Shown: positions 10,801 through 25,363 of the stretch, piece after piece
Layout: each line of letters starts with the position of its first letter
Position numbering within the stretch: the first letter of the stretch is position 1
Assembly (NCBI RefSeq): GCF_001194135.2
Contig: NC_069001.1
Location: 25,468,837-25,514,287 of the forward strand
DNA: 45,451 bases
DNA from: Octopus bimaculoides
Lineage: Eukaryota
Reading direction: 5' to 3'
Made by a program: the position numbers and the translations under genes
Notes under the pieces: generated by a model
Told to the model about the DNA's origin: nothing
Database searches by the model: none
What the model saw: only the letters and a program-made list of their open reading frames with translations

Positions 10801-13800
10801 AAGCAACATCGCTTGCCATCGCTGGAGACGGGGCAAAGACAGACACAAGTCACATACACACGCATACACGCGAGTGCACATACACACACACACACACATG
10901 TCCAACAATCAGCTTTGTCAACAAGCAAGCTCGGTGTGGTTGACAGTTTATTCGCCGACGAACTGAACATGCACATCAACCAGCTTGATACTCTTCGTAT
11001 GTGATACTTGAGTACTATCTCCAACATAAAACCATGTTCGTAACAGTGAGGTACGAACAAGATGCAACATTTAAGGTATTGAAGCTATCCTCATCAAAAT
11101 ACACCTTAGATTGAAAGGTTATCTCTCACGTATGAGGGATATCAGAATTCGGACGCTACTTGTCTTTGGCCAATTCCCAACAAGAAGGTCAGTTTGAAGG
11201 CCACTCTTGCGCTTCAATTACAATCTAAAAGACAATTTCAGGTGATGCAGCAACATTGCCTTTTCTTCCTGGACCTCGCACCAGACTTACTTTCAATATA
11301 TCCTTTCAACAAAGCAATGAGTTGGTACTATCTTTAGCACGCCGGGCAAAATGCTTAGTGGCATTTTTTCCGTCTATTTATACTGAGATCAATTGCCGTT
11401 CGGGGTCGATAAATACAAGACCGGGTGAGCAGTGGGGTCGATCAAATCATGCAGCTCCTCCTCCGAAACTGTTGGTCTCATGCCAAAATTTGAAACAAAC
11501 ATAGGCTTTCAATTGTAGGCACAGGACCAGAAAATTTGGTGGAAGGACTAGTCGAATACTAGTACTCAATTGGTACTTATATAATTGACCACGGAACAGA
11601 AGAACACAGTCGGTGGAATTTCAACACCTCTTCTTACTGAATCTTATCAATGATTCATTTAACAAGAAATCTAAGAGTGATATTAAGTATGCAAATGATT
11701 CACGGATATAAAAATAATAATAATCTATACTATATATAAAAGCAGAGATGTGTGTGTAATCGCTTTTCACGTGAAATCGACTTCACCAAATGCTTCCTTA
11801 CTTGTGATGCGTGAATAATTTGACCTCCGATAAATCTTAGGCTCTTCATTTGATTTTTTTAATTAAAAATAAATAATATTGCTTTATATTTAAGATTCAC
11901 TTCTTTAAAAAGGTTCCTCAATGTCAACTTCCGGTATTGACGTAACAACAGCAAAAAAGCTTCACTCTCTATTTTGTGTGTGAGTGTGTATGTATGAGAN
12001 NNNNNNNNNNNNNNNNNNNNNNNNNNNNNNNNNNNNNNNNNNNNNNNNNNNNNNNNNNNNNNNNNNNNNNNNNNNNNNNNNNNNNNNNNNNNNNNNNNNN
12101 NNNNNNNNNNNNNNNNNNNNNNNNNNNNNNNNNNNNNNNNNNNNNNNNNNNNNNNNNNNNNNNNNNNNNNNNNNNNNNNNNNNNNNNNNNNNNNNNNNNN
12201 NNNNNNNNNNNNNNNNNNNNNNNNNNNNNNNNNNNNNNNNNNNNNNNNNNNNNNNNNNNNNNNNNNNNNNNNNNNNNNNNNNNNNNNNNNNNNNNNNNNN
12301 NNNNNNNNNNNNNNNNNNNNNNNNNNNNNNNNNNNNNNNNNNNNNNNNNNNNNNNNNNNNNNNNNNNNNNNNNNNNNNNNNNNNNNNNNNNNNNNNNNNN
12401 NNNNNNNNNNNNNNNNNNNNNNNNNNNNNNNNNNNNNNNNNNNGGGAGGTTCCACAATAGCCATTTATTTCAATTACTCTTGTGAGGATATTCACGTAAA
12501 TCATTTTTTTCATCTAATCCCCATTTTAATTTTCGTAAAAGTTTCCAACTACCAATGAGGCTTTTTGGCACATCTTCAATTTTCCACATTCATGAGAGGC
12601 GCCCAGCCATCATTCATCTGAGATTCCATCTACAGAATGTCCTCAAATTTCTATACAGCATATTTTGATTTTTTTTCTTCAAGTATATAAGCAACAATTT
12701 CATTCCCGAGCAACGCCGGCTGCCTTTGCTAGTATAATATAAATATTGAACTATGTAAAGCAAGGATTGTCCAGTGGTCTCTCTCGTAAATATTTACAAA
12801 AGATTCTAATATGATATAGGCACAAAATTAATAGGGCATATATCAGCATTTAGCTGCGTATCTTTAATTTACGTAGGGTTCAACATTTAACTATATCATT
12901 CAGTGCTCTTATAATAAATACCAGCCAATTGAATGTAGTGATGTAAGCGACTGTTTCCTAATCAAATTGCTTGTTTTATTCTCTAGACCAGATATGAAAA
13001 CATGCTGTTAAAGACTGGAGACAAACAGAGCGACATAACATATATCCTTTTCTATTCTAAGCACAAGGCCTGAGAATTTTAGGGAAGCTGGCCAGTCGAT
13101 TAGATCGACCCCAGTACGCAACTAGTACTTAATTTATCGACCGCGAAAGGATGAAAGGCAAAGTCGACCTCGGCGGAATTTGAACTCAGAATGTAAAGAC
13201 AGACGAAATACTGCTAAGCATTTCGCCCTGCGTGCTAATGTTTCTGCCAGCTCGCCGACTTGCGACATAACATTACACAAACTGGATTGATGACACACAG
13301 CTGAAATCCCTGTGCTGGATATTCTTATCGGTACCACGAAAGTCAGGACCAATATTTATGCATATATAGGTAGGTAGATTGTTAAATAGGTAGACATGCA
13401 GTTATACACACACACTACGCACACGGGCACACACACATATAAGCACGAGAACACACACACACACACACATATAAGCACGAGAACACACACACACACACAC
13501 ACANNNNNNNNNNNNNNNNNNNNNNNNNNNNNNNNNNNNNNNNNNNNNNNNNNNNNNNNNNNNNNNNNNNNNNNNNNNNNNNNNNNNNNNNNNNNNNNNN
13601 NNNNNNNNNNNNNNNNNNNNNNNNNNNNNNNNNNNNNNNNNNNNNNNNNNNNNNNNNNNNNNNNNNNNNNNNNNNNNNNNNNNNNNNNNNNNNNNNNNNN
13701 NNNNNNNNNNNNNNNNNNNNNNNNNNNNNNNNNNNNNNNNNNNNNNNNNNNNNNNNNNNNNNNNNNNNNNNNNNNNNNNNNNNNNNNNNNNNNNNNNNNN

Positions 13801-16800
13801 NNNNNNNNNNNNNNNNNNNNNNNNNNNNNNNNNNNNNNNNNNNNNNNNNNNNNNNNNNNNNNNNNNNNNNNNNNNNNNNNNNNNNNNNNNGTGAAAGAGT
13901 ACAGCAGGGTTCGCCACCATCCCCTGTCGGAGCCTCGTGGCGCTTTTAGGTGTTTTCGCTCAATAAACACTCACAACGCCCGGTCTGGGAATCGAAACCG
14001 CGATCCTATGACCATGAGTCTGCTGTCCTAACCAATGGGACGTTGCGCCTCCACGTATGTGTATACATATATATTTATATATATACATGTAAAAGTTCAT
14101 ATACTTCTGTATATGCATACACGGATACACATATATATACACACACAAACACAGACATACATTTCTATGCTTATATAAGCATGTATGTATATGCACTATG
14201 TGTACTACTAAGTTTGATGTACTCGATCATATACGTGCTTCAGTCAAAGCTAGTTGTATTCATTATCAAATGTTAGTTGCTATTGCTCAAATATTGGATC
14301 ACCGGACTAAATTGTTCAAAAAATCTTATTCACTTCTCTTTACATTTCCAGTATAAAAGCTTGATTCGTCTTGTTTCTGTCATAATTATGATATCGAGAA
14401 AGTAGGTACCAAATAAGAAATCAATATTTGTAATAGTGGGACGAGGCTTGTAGTGTTAAGGGAGAAATCTATTGAAATTCGTATTTTTTTTTTTAAATTT
14501 TATTTTACACTTTATATCACTGCACTGTTTCGATTCCTGCTTGATTCCAATTAACATCACTTATGATGCTAATTAACTTGTTTGGGAACGTATGAATGTT
14601 TTGCATTGGCTTTGTTCCAATGGGAGAAATAAAACCTAGAATCAATCGATTTTTACTTGCATGAAGCATATTGTCAGTTCCCTAAAATTAAACAAACAGT
14701 TTTGATGCGGTCTATTGTATAGTAGGACGAAAACAAAATGTAAGCTGACACTTGAAAGGTTCTCTTCATGCATTGGTTCAGTATAAATAAATTTACGATG
14801 GTTATTGCTCATGGAAAAACTACACTTAAAGCAAAAAAAAAAATAATAAAAGCCGCATACCTATCGTAAAAGACCTACAGTGTGTAACGTTAGCCATACT
14901 GGCATCAAATTTCCACAATGCAACTTAATATGATATCAGTCTCTTGCAAAGCGCACTTATTGCTTATAATGGCAAACTATTAGCAAACAATAATTAGATT
15001 AACTATTTGCAATTATAATTAATACTATCTGTATGTTAAAATAATGTGCTGCTTCTTGTGGATGTATATATTGTCTATACGATATCTCTAAATCACCTGT
15101 CTGAATGCAACATTTGTAAGTCATGTTACTGTTATACTCCAGTTTTCGTTCAATATACAGACTTCTATTTCTAATGCTTCCAACTATAATGCTGTATATA
15201 ACGAGTATTTGTTTCGAAAAGGTTGCCTCGTGAAACCTAAACATCAATTAAACCGATTCCAGTTGTTACTAGAACATAAAAATATTGTTAGTCATTTACT
15301 GATACCGTTACTTCCATGCAACACAATTATTTTCATTTAGTATTCGAATGGGAATTAAATTAAACATACAGACATTAACTTAATAGAATCGTCTTGGAAA
15401 GCTCTTCTTGCCTCCGAGTAATTTTTTGAACGTATTAAATTTAGTTTCAGCGTATTTAATTCGTGAACCAATAAAAAAACATTGTCTATAAAGGATTAAT
15501 CCGCCAGAAATTGTATTATATCAAAGTTTTTTTTTCTTGTATATCCATTTAATATTATTCTAAGAACGGAAGATAACTCCAGACATGTTTCTAGCTTGAG
15601 AAAAAATATAACTTCATAGCTCACCTACTGAAAAAGTTTTGAATGAACTACGAAGTAAATATTCAAGATTTTATTTGAGTCGATGTAGAAAAAAAAAATA
15701 ATGATTAGCGAGTTAATAATTCAGAGAAGTTATCCGCTCGAAGAAAAATCAATACTTAACTTAGTATTATCATATTTAATGATCTCGGCATTATATATGC
15801 TAACTAGAGGTAATTATGCAATGACGAAAAAATAATGTTATAAAATGAATCATGGGTTTAACCATACTACAACCAAAAGAACAACCTCCGCCATCACTAA
15901 TTCGGCAACTATGTTAATTACATTAGTGCTAAGGGAACATTTGAACTCATCGTCAACAGTTCGATCAGTACTTTATTTGGCCACTTTCCAATAACATGTA
16001 CATTGAAAATTCTCCAGAAAATAAGTATAAGATATCCCTGGAATATTGTTTAAAAGGTGTTGCATATTTATAGGAACATTAATATACACATAGTCATGGT
16101 TGGGTGATAATGAGCTTGCTTTACAACCATTTGGTCTCTGATTCGGTTTCTTTACGTGGCACAGACCAGAGGTCTTCCAAATTTTCCATCAAAGCCATGT
16201 GAGTGAATTTGTTGGACGGAAACTGAAAACAAACCCCATCATATTTCCATGGTGTGCGTTTTGAGGCCATTTGTATGAATTTAAAGGCGCATAGGTCATC
16301 AAAGAAAAGCTGCATCTGAAAACAAATTGGGAAACCCTTTTTCTCATTTAGTTGATGATCCCACCGTTAGTATTAATGTCTGCTTCAGTACGGGGTTCGA
16401 AGCGTTGACATTCCCGAATCAATTTATTTTTATCAATTTTTCGGTATTGTGTTCGTTATTGCGGACTTGAGAGGTTGTATGGTGTTATAGGATGCTGATT
16501 GATATTTCTCGTGACTACTCCCAATACGTAATTGTCCAGTGGATTGAGGTATGGTCAACCAGGAGGCCATGTTTCTGTGAGAATAAAATCATGGAGATTG
16601 ACATGCATCCAGTCTTTGCTTGCGTCGCTTTGTGTGACGGTACAGTCTTCTTCGAAGGTGTATGACCTTCTGTTGCATACTCCGTCTGACATCATTCTAT
16701 AACACCTCTTTGTAGAAAACAGCATAGAGGTTAAAGCCCGGTGAGGAGGCATGACATTTATCTCGTTACTGATGACTCAGATCCATCACATTCGCAGTAT

Positions 16801-18262
16801 CTCAGAATGCATAACCTCCCGCAAATATCCTCTTCTTTGACCTTCTGATGAACGATACCCCCCCCCCAAAAAAAAAATTACCTAACAATCATGTTATACT
16901 TATATTGTTGACCCCGAAAAAGCAAAACATGATTATTCACGGTGAAATTTGAACTCAGAACGTAAATCAAAAGTAAAAATCAAAATGAGAGAAAAAAACA
17001 AAAAGCTAGTTTAGACGTGCTAATGATACCGCCAGATCGGTGCCATAGGAAGCCCACATGGATAACTAACGTAAGCAATATATTTATCTAAATCCTTGAG
17101 ATCTCTGCACCAAAATAATTTCACTCGAATGAATTAAACTATTTAAATGATAAAACGAATTAAAAATTGGGAATTACATACAATAAAGATCGACTTCATC
17201 CATCCCCACAAAAAAGTAAATGAATGAAGAACGAATGGGGGATGAAGTGAGTTAGTAAATATGTAATTAAACTATAAACTACTTATCAAAATGAACACAT
17301 TTCATTTCCTCTGAGTTATTCATAAACGCTTGTTAACTCACAGAACCAGACAAGTTTTCTTGAATTTATGAAATTTACTTTCTTTACCAAATTTATTTGA
17401 CTTGAGAAGATACGGTATTTGAATTACAGATATGAAGCAGTTGCTTTATGATTAATCTAGAAGTATAACAACAACTAGAATGAATAAAATAAACATAACG
17501 TATAGCAGAGACATGAGGATGTAAATCATGTTACGTGTTCAGACTAATATATACACTGTACTTTAGTTTAATTGATTGTATTCAAGCTTGGATATTGAAA
17601 AGTCAGATGGCGAAGTTGGTTTTAATTTCATATATATTTGTTTTGTATATTTAACGTTCTTGTTGTCTGACTGTCTTGAAGCACTCATATAGACGCTCAC
17701 TTTCACACCGACACAAAAAAAAAACGAAGAATCCGCACAGACAAACGCATACACGCTTGCATACACATATCTGTTTTCGGTTAGAAAATAGATATGTGCG
17801 TTGGTATGTACGGGTGGGTATATATGTCTGAATGTGTATGTGTCTGGATAGACTTGTTGAGATGTTTACTTATCATAAGTAAATAACGGGAATTTTATTG
17901 GATGGCGATTTATTAGAATTCAATCGCTTAAGAAACATCTGACTTTAATATCAGTGTATCTCAGCGCGGCCATTGTGCTATGTGTCTCAGTGTGCGTGTG
18001 TGTGTTTATTTTTTGTACTTATGCACATAGAAGCCTGTGTGGAATCTTGTGTATAAGACTAACGTATTTTTACTTATTATAACATAGGAGTATTTTAATT
18101 CATACAACTCTTTATTTATTGACTTTAATATATGAACTCTGCAAGACCACGTTTAAGCAAACGTCGTATCTCAGACTACATTAGAAAATATGTTTTAAAG
18201 CCACATGATAGAATAAAGATAATACACACATATATACTTTGTGTGTGTGTGTGTGTGTGTGT

Positions 18263-18307
<45 letters not shown>

Positions 18308-21300
18308 CTAGATTATCGATAGATCTGTTTTGATAAAATGAGCGTTTCTATATTATATATTATTTACTTCAGCTGCACTTTAACTAATTGAACTCTCTCA
18401 GAAATACTTCTAATAAAAAGTTATTCCAGTATAGAGTTATAAAAAGACCGTATGTCGATACCATTTACAACGCTTCATCCAGGATAAAGAATTTTCTCCC
18501 ATCCTATTCATTGTATGCAACTAGACCGGTGCAACACCGCTTGACGTATGTCGATCTACATATGTTTAGTTATATTTTTAATGAATTAAATTCTAAAATC
18601 TTCCAATTCATTAGTATTGGTAGAATGGAGACCGAATCTCTACGGTTATTTTCTTAGCTTTCTTTAAATTGTAAGATAAGAAGTTATTGTGATCGACTTT
18701 GAATTCTGTACTTTTCAGGATTGATAAAAAAAAATATATATATATACACGTCCAGAAAAATAATAAAAATAAACAAATATATATCTTATGCTGATTGTTG
18801 ACTCAGAAATTACAATTATTTTTATGTAAATTATATTTAATCTATATATAAGGCATGGAGAACAGGAACGTGGCCCATTTTCTGATGGTGAGTTCAGAGG
18901 ACTCTTATATTAATATAGTAACTTTTGTTGTCGACATTTCGCAGTTCAGGTGATGCTGATCATGGTGCAATTAAGATGATACTAATTTCATTAATTTCTT
19001 CCTCAAAATTTGGAAATAATATTTATTCATACGAGCTATTGTAGAACTCACATATTTCATTGTATATTGGTTTCAAATTTTGCCACAAGGCCAGCAGGTT
19101 TGGGAGAGGGGCCAAATCGAGTAAATCGAGCCTATTGCTCAATTAGTTCTTATTTCATCTAACTTGAAAGAATAAAAGGCAAAGCAGACCTTAGCGGAAT
19201 TTGAACTCAGACGGATGAAATGCCGCAAAGCATTTTCCCCATCGTGCTAACGATTCTAGCAGCTGGCCGCGTTAATACATCAGGAGACTTGTAATGCTAA
19301 CAAAGTTAAATCTATTCATACACTAAGATTATAGGAAAATTATGAATCGACATGCTGCTTCGCTGTTTTTCAAATTCCATGAAAGAGCAGTGTGCTGGTA
19401 GATTTGTTTATGCGATGGCAGTATATTTTACAGAATTCGAACAGATGAAATGAGAGTCTACCTTCAAAAACTAACTCGCTCAACCAAACCTTTCATTGTT
19501 ATAATGGTACACCGTCGGTTACGACGGTGGGTGTTATTGTTGATCCGATCACTGGAATAGCCAGCTCTTGAAATTAACATGCAAGTGGCTGCACAATTCA
19601 CAGGCAGGCGAAACTCGCAAGCAGATTCAGTGCAGCAACAGAATGTGATTAGGCTGGCTCTTTCACTTACAGGTGCAAATAATGTTTTGCAGCTGAGTGG
19701 ACTGGAGCAATGTGTATTAAAGTGTCTTGCTCAAGGAAACAAAGTTTCGCCGGGATCTAACTCCCGACGGTACGATCGTGATCCGAATGCACTGACCACA
19801 AAGCCATACGTTTTCACTTATTTACATGTTGAATAAAATTATGCAAAGGGAATTGATTTGGAATGATTCTTACGCTGGACTTACGGTTCCTATCTGTGAT
19901 CGAGGTTGTTTTTGCTTTCCGGGTGACTTTTTTGTTCATCTATATCTCGAAAACCCGCTGTCATCCCTGATTGTTATTTTAATCTTTTTGGCGAGTTATT
20001 GTTAACGTGACTTTGTACAGTGTAACAAATTTTTTGCTATTTCTATAACGATGAGTCGACAAAGTTTTTCTACCGTACTCTTGTATGTACGCACGGTACA
20101 CGTGCCCATTGTAACGAATGAGCAGAAAATAAATAGATCCAAAGTTTTAGCCATTGTTTGTTATCACAGTGGGGATTGTGACCCCCCCCCCTTCACCCTC
20201 GCCTAGATTTCTATACGAAGTAGCAACAACAGAAAAAAAAAAGAATAAACGAAAAACCTTTGAAGAGGACTTCCCAGTTGTTGAAAAGAAGTTGGAAAGT
20301 GAATTTATGCTAGGGATTCGTCAGAATAGCATAAGCTTTACAATGGCGGATTTCAAAACAGAAAGGGCATTGACTAAGAGACCCATGACATTTGAAGTAA
20401 ATTATGTAAAACAATGCATTGCAGAAGACACTTTAAATACTCTTGACGAGCAACGAAAAAATAATACACCTGTGCAAAAGATTCAGAGGCTGAAAACGCA
20501 TTTCATGAAATACTAGATGAAGATGAGGCTGACGAAAGTGAAAAGTATTTCTACAGTGTGCAAGCCGACTATGTGAATATTTTATAAACGATAAAATATG
20601 CATTCAAAGATACGAAGCCCAAAATTTTAGAAAGTGTAATTGATGAAAGCCATGTTGAAATCAGAGAGTTACTTACAAGCTTACAAATGCCAAACGTAGG
20701 GTTGTAAACTTTCAAGTGCGATCCGCTCATGTATCATGAATTGGTTAAACCATTTCAACTCAACGTTGATTCGATTTGTATAGATAATGATTTGAAAGTA
20801 ACATGTTTAATTCAGTATACACAAAGTCCGTAAGAGATGCTATCAGGGGTTGTCTCTTATTTGGCGGTGAGGCAGGATATCAACAAGCATTCACTATTCT
20901 TGAAAAATTATTTTTTGGCAATTCCTACTTGGTAACCGAGGAATTCCTCGATAATCTGAAGCAAAGAAATCAGTGAAAACGCCACATAAGTCGCAGAATC
21001 TAGCGGACGATCTGAAAAATTATGAGATGCTTTTCACAAAGCCAAACCTACTTCAAAGAGTGAATTTACAATTTAACATTTTGAACATTGTTAGCCGTTT
21101 TAACCTTATTTTAAAATTAAGTAGAAGAAACGTGCTCCTGAATATTAACGTTCCAAGGGAGATTATCGTAAATTGAATTTTCTGGCAGAGTTCGCTGCTA
21201 AAGCTCTGTCAGATGTGAATGACCCAGTCTATGGCACAATGATGAGAAAGAGACATTATGATCAGGCATCAAATATTGCTACTACTACAAGCGAGTCACA

Positions 21301-24001
21301 GAGACATTTACGCCATGCTGGTTCTTATGAGCGTCCAGAACCAGCGTGTGTGTTCTGTAATGAACACCGTCGATTGTTCCATAGCCAAATGTTTCAGAGA
21401 ATGACACCTAAAGACAGATTAGCCCTTGTCATGGAACGCAATTTCTGTCATAATTGCCTTTTATCCAGTCACGATACAGAATCCTGTAGGAAACTGTCTG
21501 TAGTGTGGTAGGTTGTGGTAAAAAACACACCATGTACATTGATGTAAATGAAAATACACCAAATCAGGATAGTAGTGTGTCAAATGCTATGTCTCCTAGT
21601 ACTGATTCATTTACACACATGCCAATTGTACGGATTAGAGTGAATAATGGTATGAAAGTGTTATATCTGTTAAGTTCAAAACTATGTCTAGTCAATTAGA
21701 GCGACCGACTAACAAAATCATTTAACTTGAGGGTGTTGGTGAGCATCTGAGTAGATAGTTGTACAGTTGCAGTATGTTTGTTATCTGTAGAGTCAATATA
21801 CATATTACCATTAGTAATTATCTGTAAGGTCCCCATGGTTTGTGGGGGTGGCGGAGTGTTATCTCCAACGATAAATCTTAGTCTTACAACTTGTCGGAAG
21901 TGGGTCACTTCAGTTTGTATCTCTGATCGAGGTTGCTTTTGTTTTCGGACAGGCTGGTAGTGTCATTTTTGTCCATCTATATCTCGGAAAAGCTGCTGTC
22001 ATCCCTAAATGTTTTTTTTTTTTTTTTTGGTTATTTCATGTTACTGTGAACATGAATTTGTATCATCTGACCAGTTTTTTTCTGCTTCTATAATGATGAG
22101 CTGACAAAGATTTTTCTACCGTACACTTGTATGTACACACGGTACACGTGTACAGTGTAACCTATGAGTAGAAAATAAATGGCTCCCAAGTTTAAACCAT
22201 TGATTGTGACCCCGCTCTACTAGATTTCTACACGAAGCAGAAACAATATNNNNNNNNNNNNNNNNNNNNNNTATATAGATAGATAGATAGATAGATACAT
22301 ACATACATACATACATACATACATACATACATACACACATATAGTCGGTTCAGTCATTAGACTGCGGTCATATTGGTGCTCCGCTTTAAAGAATTTTTAG
22401 TTGAATGTATCGACCCCAGCACTTTTTATAAGCCTGTACTTATTCTATCGGGTCGCTTTTGCCGAATCACTGGTTACGGGAACGTAAACACACCAGCACC
22501 AGTTGTCAAGTGGTGGCGGTGGGACAAAGACAGACACAAAGATACACACATAGGAATATGTGTTTCAGTTTCCATCTATGAAATCCACGTACACTGGTCT
22601 AGTTTGCCTGATACTATATTAGATGACACTTTCCCATGTTTCCACGCATTGGACTGCACCAGAAACCATCTGTTTGGAAAACAAGCTTCGTTCCACACAG
22701 CCACGCCTCTGTGTGTGTGCATGCGCGTGTGCTTGCTTGTGCTTCTGACAGTGTGTGGAGATTGCTGTGCTCGTATTTTTAATCAAAGGAAACCATAACA
22801 GGATATTAAGCTAAGCAAATAACAAGAGCAATCAAAGCTGATTCATAGCAATTCCGACAGAATGAGAAATAAAATAGGTGAAATATATTGAGAAAGTCTA
22901 TTCTGTCACAGTATATACGAAACGAAGACAGAAATTCACCAGCTGAAATTTCAGTGGAACGACAGTGAAATCTACGCTGATTGTGACACGTATACTATTC
23001 ATCATGACACAGTCATGCAATCCACGGTATATTTTATTGATTCCTATAACCGCGTCGTTCAATAGAATTCTAACGACCCAACATGAGGGCTGATTCGTGG
23101 ACTTTGACTTGTAAGAACGTATTGTGAATTCTCCATCAAATCTCATTCTATCGTTTTGAAAATGGAAGGGCATATTAAATAATGTTATATTGGATGTATT
23201 ATATAATCAGAAAAAGAAGGAAAATTCATAGCGGCAAGTATTTGTGTTACAGGTCATGTCGACCTAAAGGGAACTTGGTCTAAAAAATAACGACGGTTTA
23301 GTGATATAATGACAATGTTGTTTGTGATTTTAATGCTTTAGTTTGAAGTTTGTATTGTGATGAAATGAAAACAGAAGGATAAAAGAAGAAATTGAATTTT
23401 AAAAATGCCAAAAGGAAATCAAAATACAATGTTCAAGTAACATTATGTTCCTTAGTTATAAGCACAATGATACATATAATAATGACCTCAAAGATATAAA
23501 AATAAATCGAACTCAAGATGTATTTGTTTCAAAATTTACCTCAAAATACAAGGATAAATACATTAATTTAATTAAGATAAAACCAGAACAAAAAGGAAAT
23601 GAAAATGTAGAGTTGATATAACATCAGGGCATTATACATTAGTAAGGCCAATGATACTATTCGGAATGACATCAAAATATCGAAATCAACATGACATATT
23701 TGTTTCAAAATTGAAACGTTGTTATCAGATACAAAGCTTCGATTTCGTTTTGCTATCCTTTCCTTGATACGACCAGGAAATATTTATGATTATGCGGTTA
23801 TTATTAATTCATAGAGTAAGCTAATAAGTATATGCAGGGTACGAAGCCATCGCGATAAAATCATATCTATTCGTTCTGAACGATGTCAGCGATAAAGTAA
23901 TTAGTGCATTAAAGCAGTTAAGACTATTGTACAAGTACACCTAGATCTATATACGTGAAGATATACACACACATAGAAACGTACACAGTTATATATATGT
24001 A

Positions 24002-24060
<59 letters not shown>

Positions 24061-24134
24061 NNNNNNNNNNNNNNNNNNNNNNNNNNNNNNNNNNNNNNNN
24101 NNNNNNNNNNNNNNNNNNNNNNNNNNNNNNNNNN

Positions 24135-24201
<67 letters not shown>

Positions 24202-25331
24202 AAAACATACATATATTTACATATGGTGGATGTACATATAGCCGCCTATGTATCTATTTTATACTTGCTAGCGTGAGTGTGTAGTAGTGGATGCAACGGC
24301 TTTTTATATGATTGATTAAATATTTCATTAGAAATTACGCCATTACTAACCGATCGGAATAATGGCTATCAATTCAAATCAGATATGATGGCCCATTCGT
24401 GCAAATATCTTTACTTCACTTCAGATTGAAGTACGTCACACTTTTAGGACAGACTTTATACATACACACGTGTCTATATACATATACATACAGACACATG
24501 CAAATATATGTGCATATACATATATATACATACGCACACACATAGGCGCAGGTGTGGCTATGCGGTAAATAGCTCGCTTCCCAGCCTCATGGTTCCAGGT
24601 TCAGTCCCTCCGTGTGATACCTTGTGCATGTGTTTTCTTTTATAAACTCAGGCCAACTAAAGACTTGTGAGTCGATTTGTTAGACGGAAACTAAAAGGAG
24701 CCCGTCGTATATACATATATGTTTGTGTGTCTTTGTGTCTGTGTTTGTCCCTTTCACCATTACTTGACAACCGATGTTAGTATGTATGCGTCCCTGTGTC
24801 TTAAGGATTCGATAAAAGAGACCGAGAGGGTTACAAAAAATATGTCCTAGGGTCGATTTGTTCGACGAAAGGTGGTGCATTAGTATGGTAGCAGTCAATC
24901 GACTGAAAAAATAGAAGAACAAAAGAATATCTATATACGTATATACACATAAATACAATGAATATATATATTATATATATAATACACAATATTATATGAA
25001 AAAACAAAATACAGATCAACCTCCGTCCCAGTGAGACAAGCCTTTCCATTTAGTATGAATGGATGACAGTTTCCTGTTATCCCAGCATTTTCAATAGCTT
25101 CAATAATATTGGCATCATCCTACCATCACCAGTATTCAGCAATGGACAACTTTATTTTCCATTGAGTAGAAGTACAAGTAGGAATAATATTAAAAGAACA
25201 AACCAAAACAAAGTGAACACATTGGTTTACACAAGAAACGTTGTATTGAAGTTGTTAAGATAAAGGTTATAATCTCTTAATTTTATTTTCCGTATAATAT
25301 TTATGCCACCATTTCTGATGGCATGGGTGCA

Positions 25332-25363
<32 letters not shown>

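Noticed and set aside
22910-23025. Plus-strand exon-like frame IYETKTEIHQLKFQWNDSEIYADC...
   Set aside because: Good acceptor but weak donor (gtatat) and isolated; it also shows that chance exon-like segments occur here.
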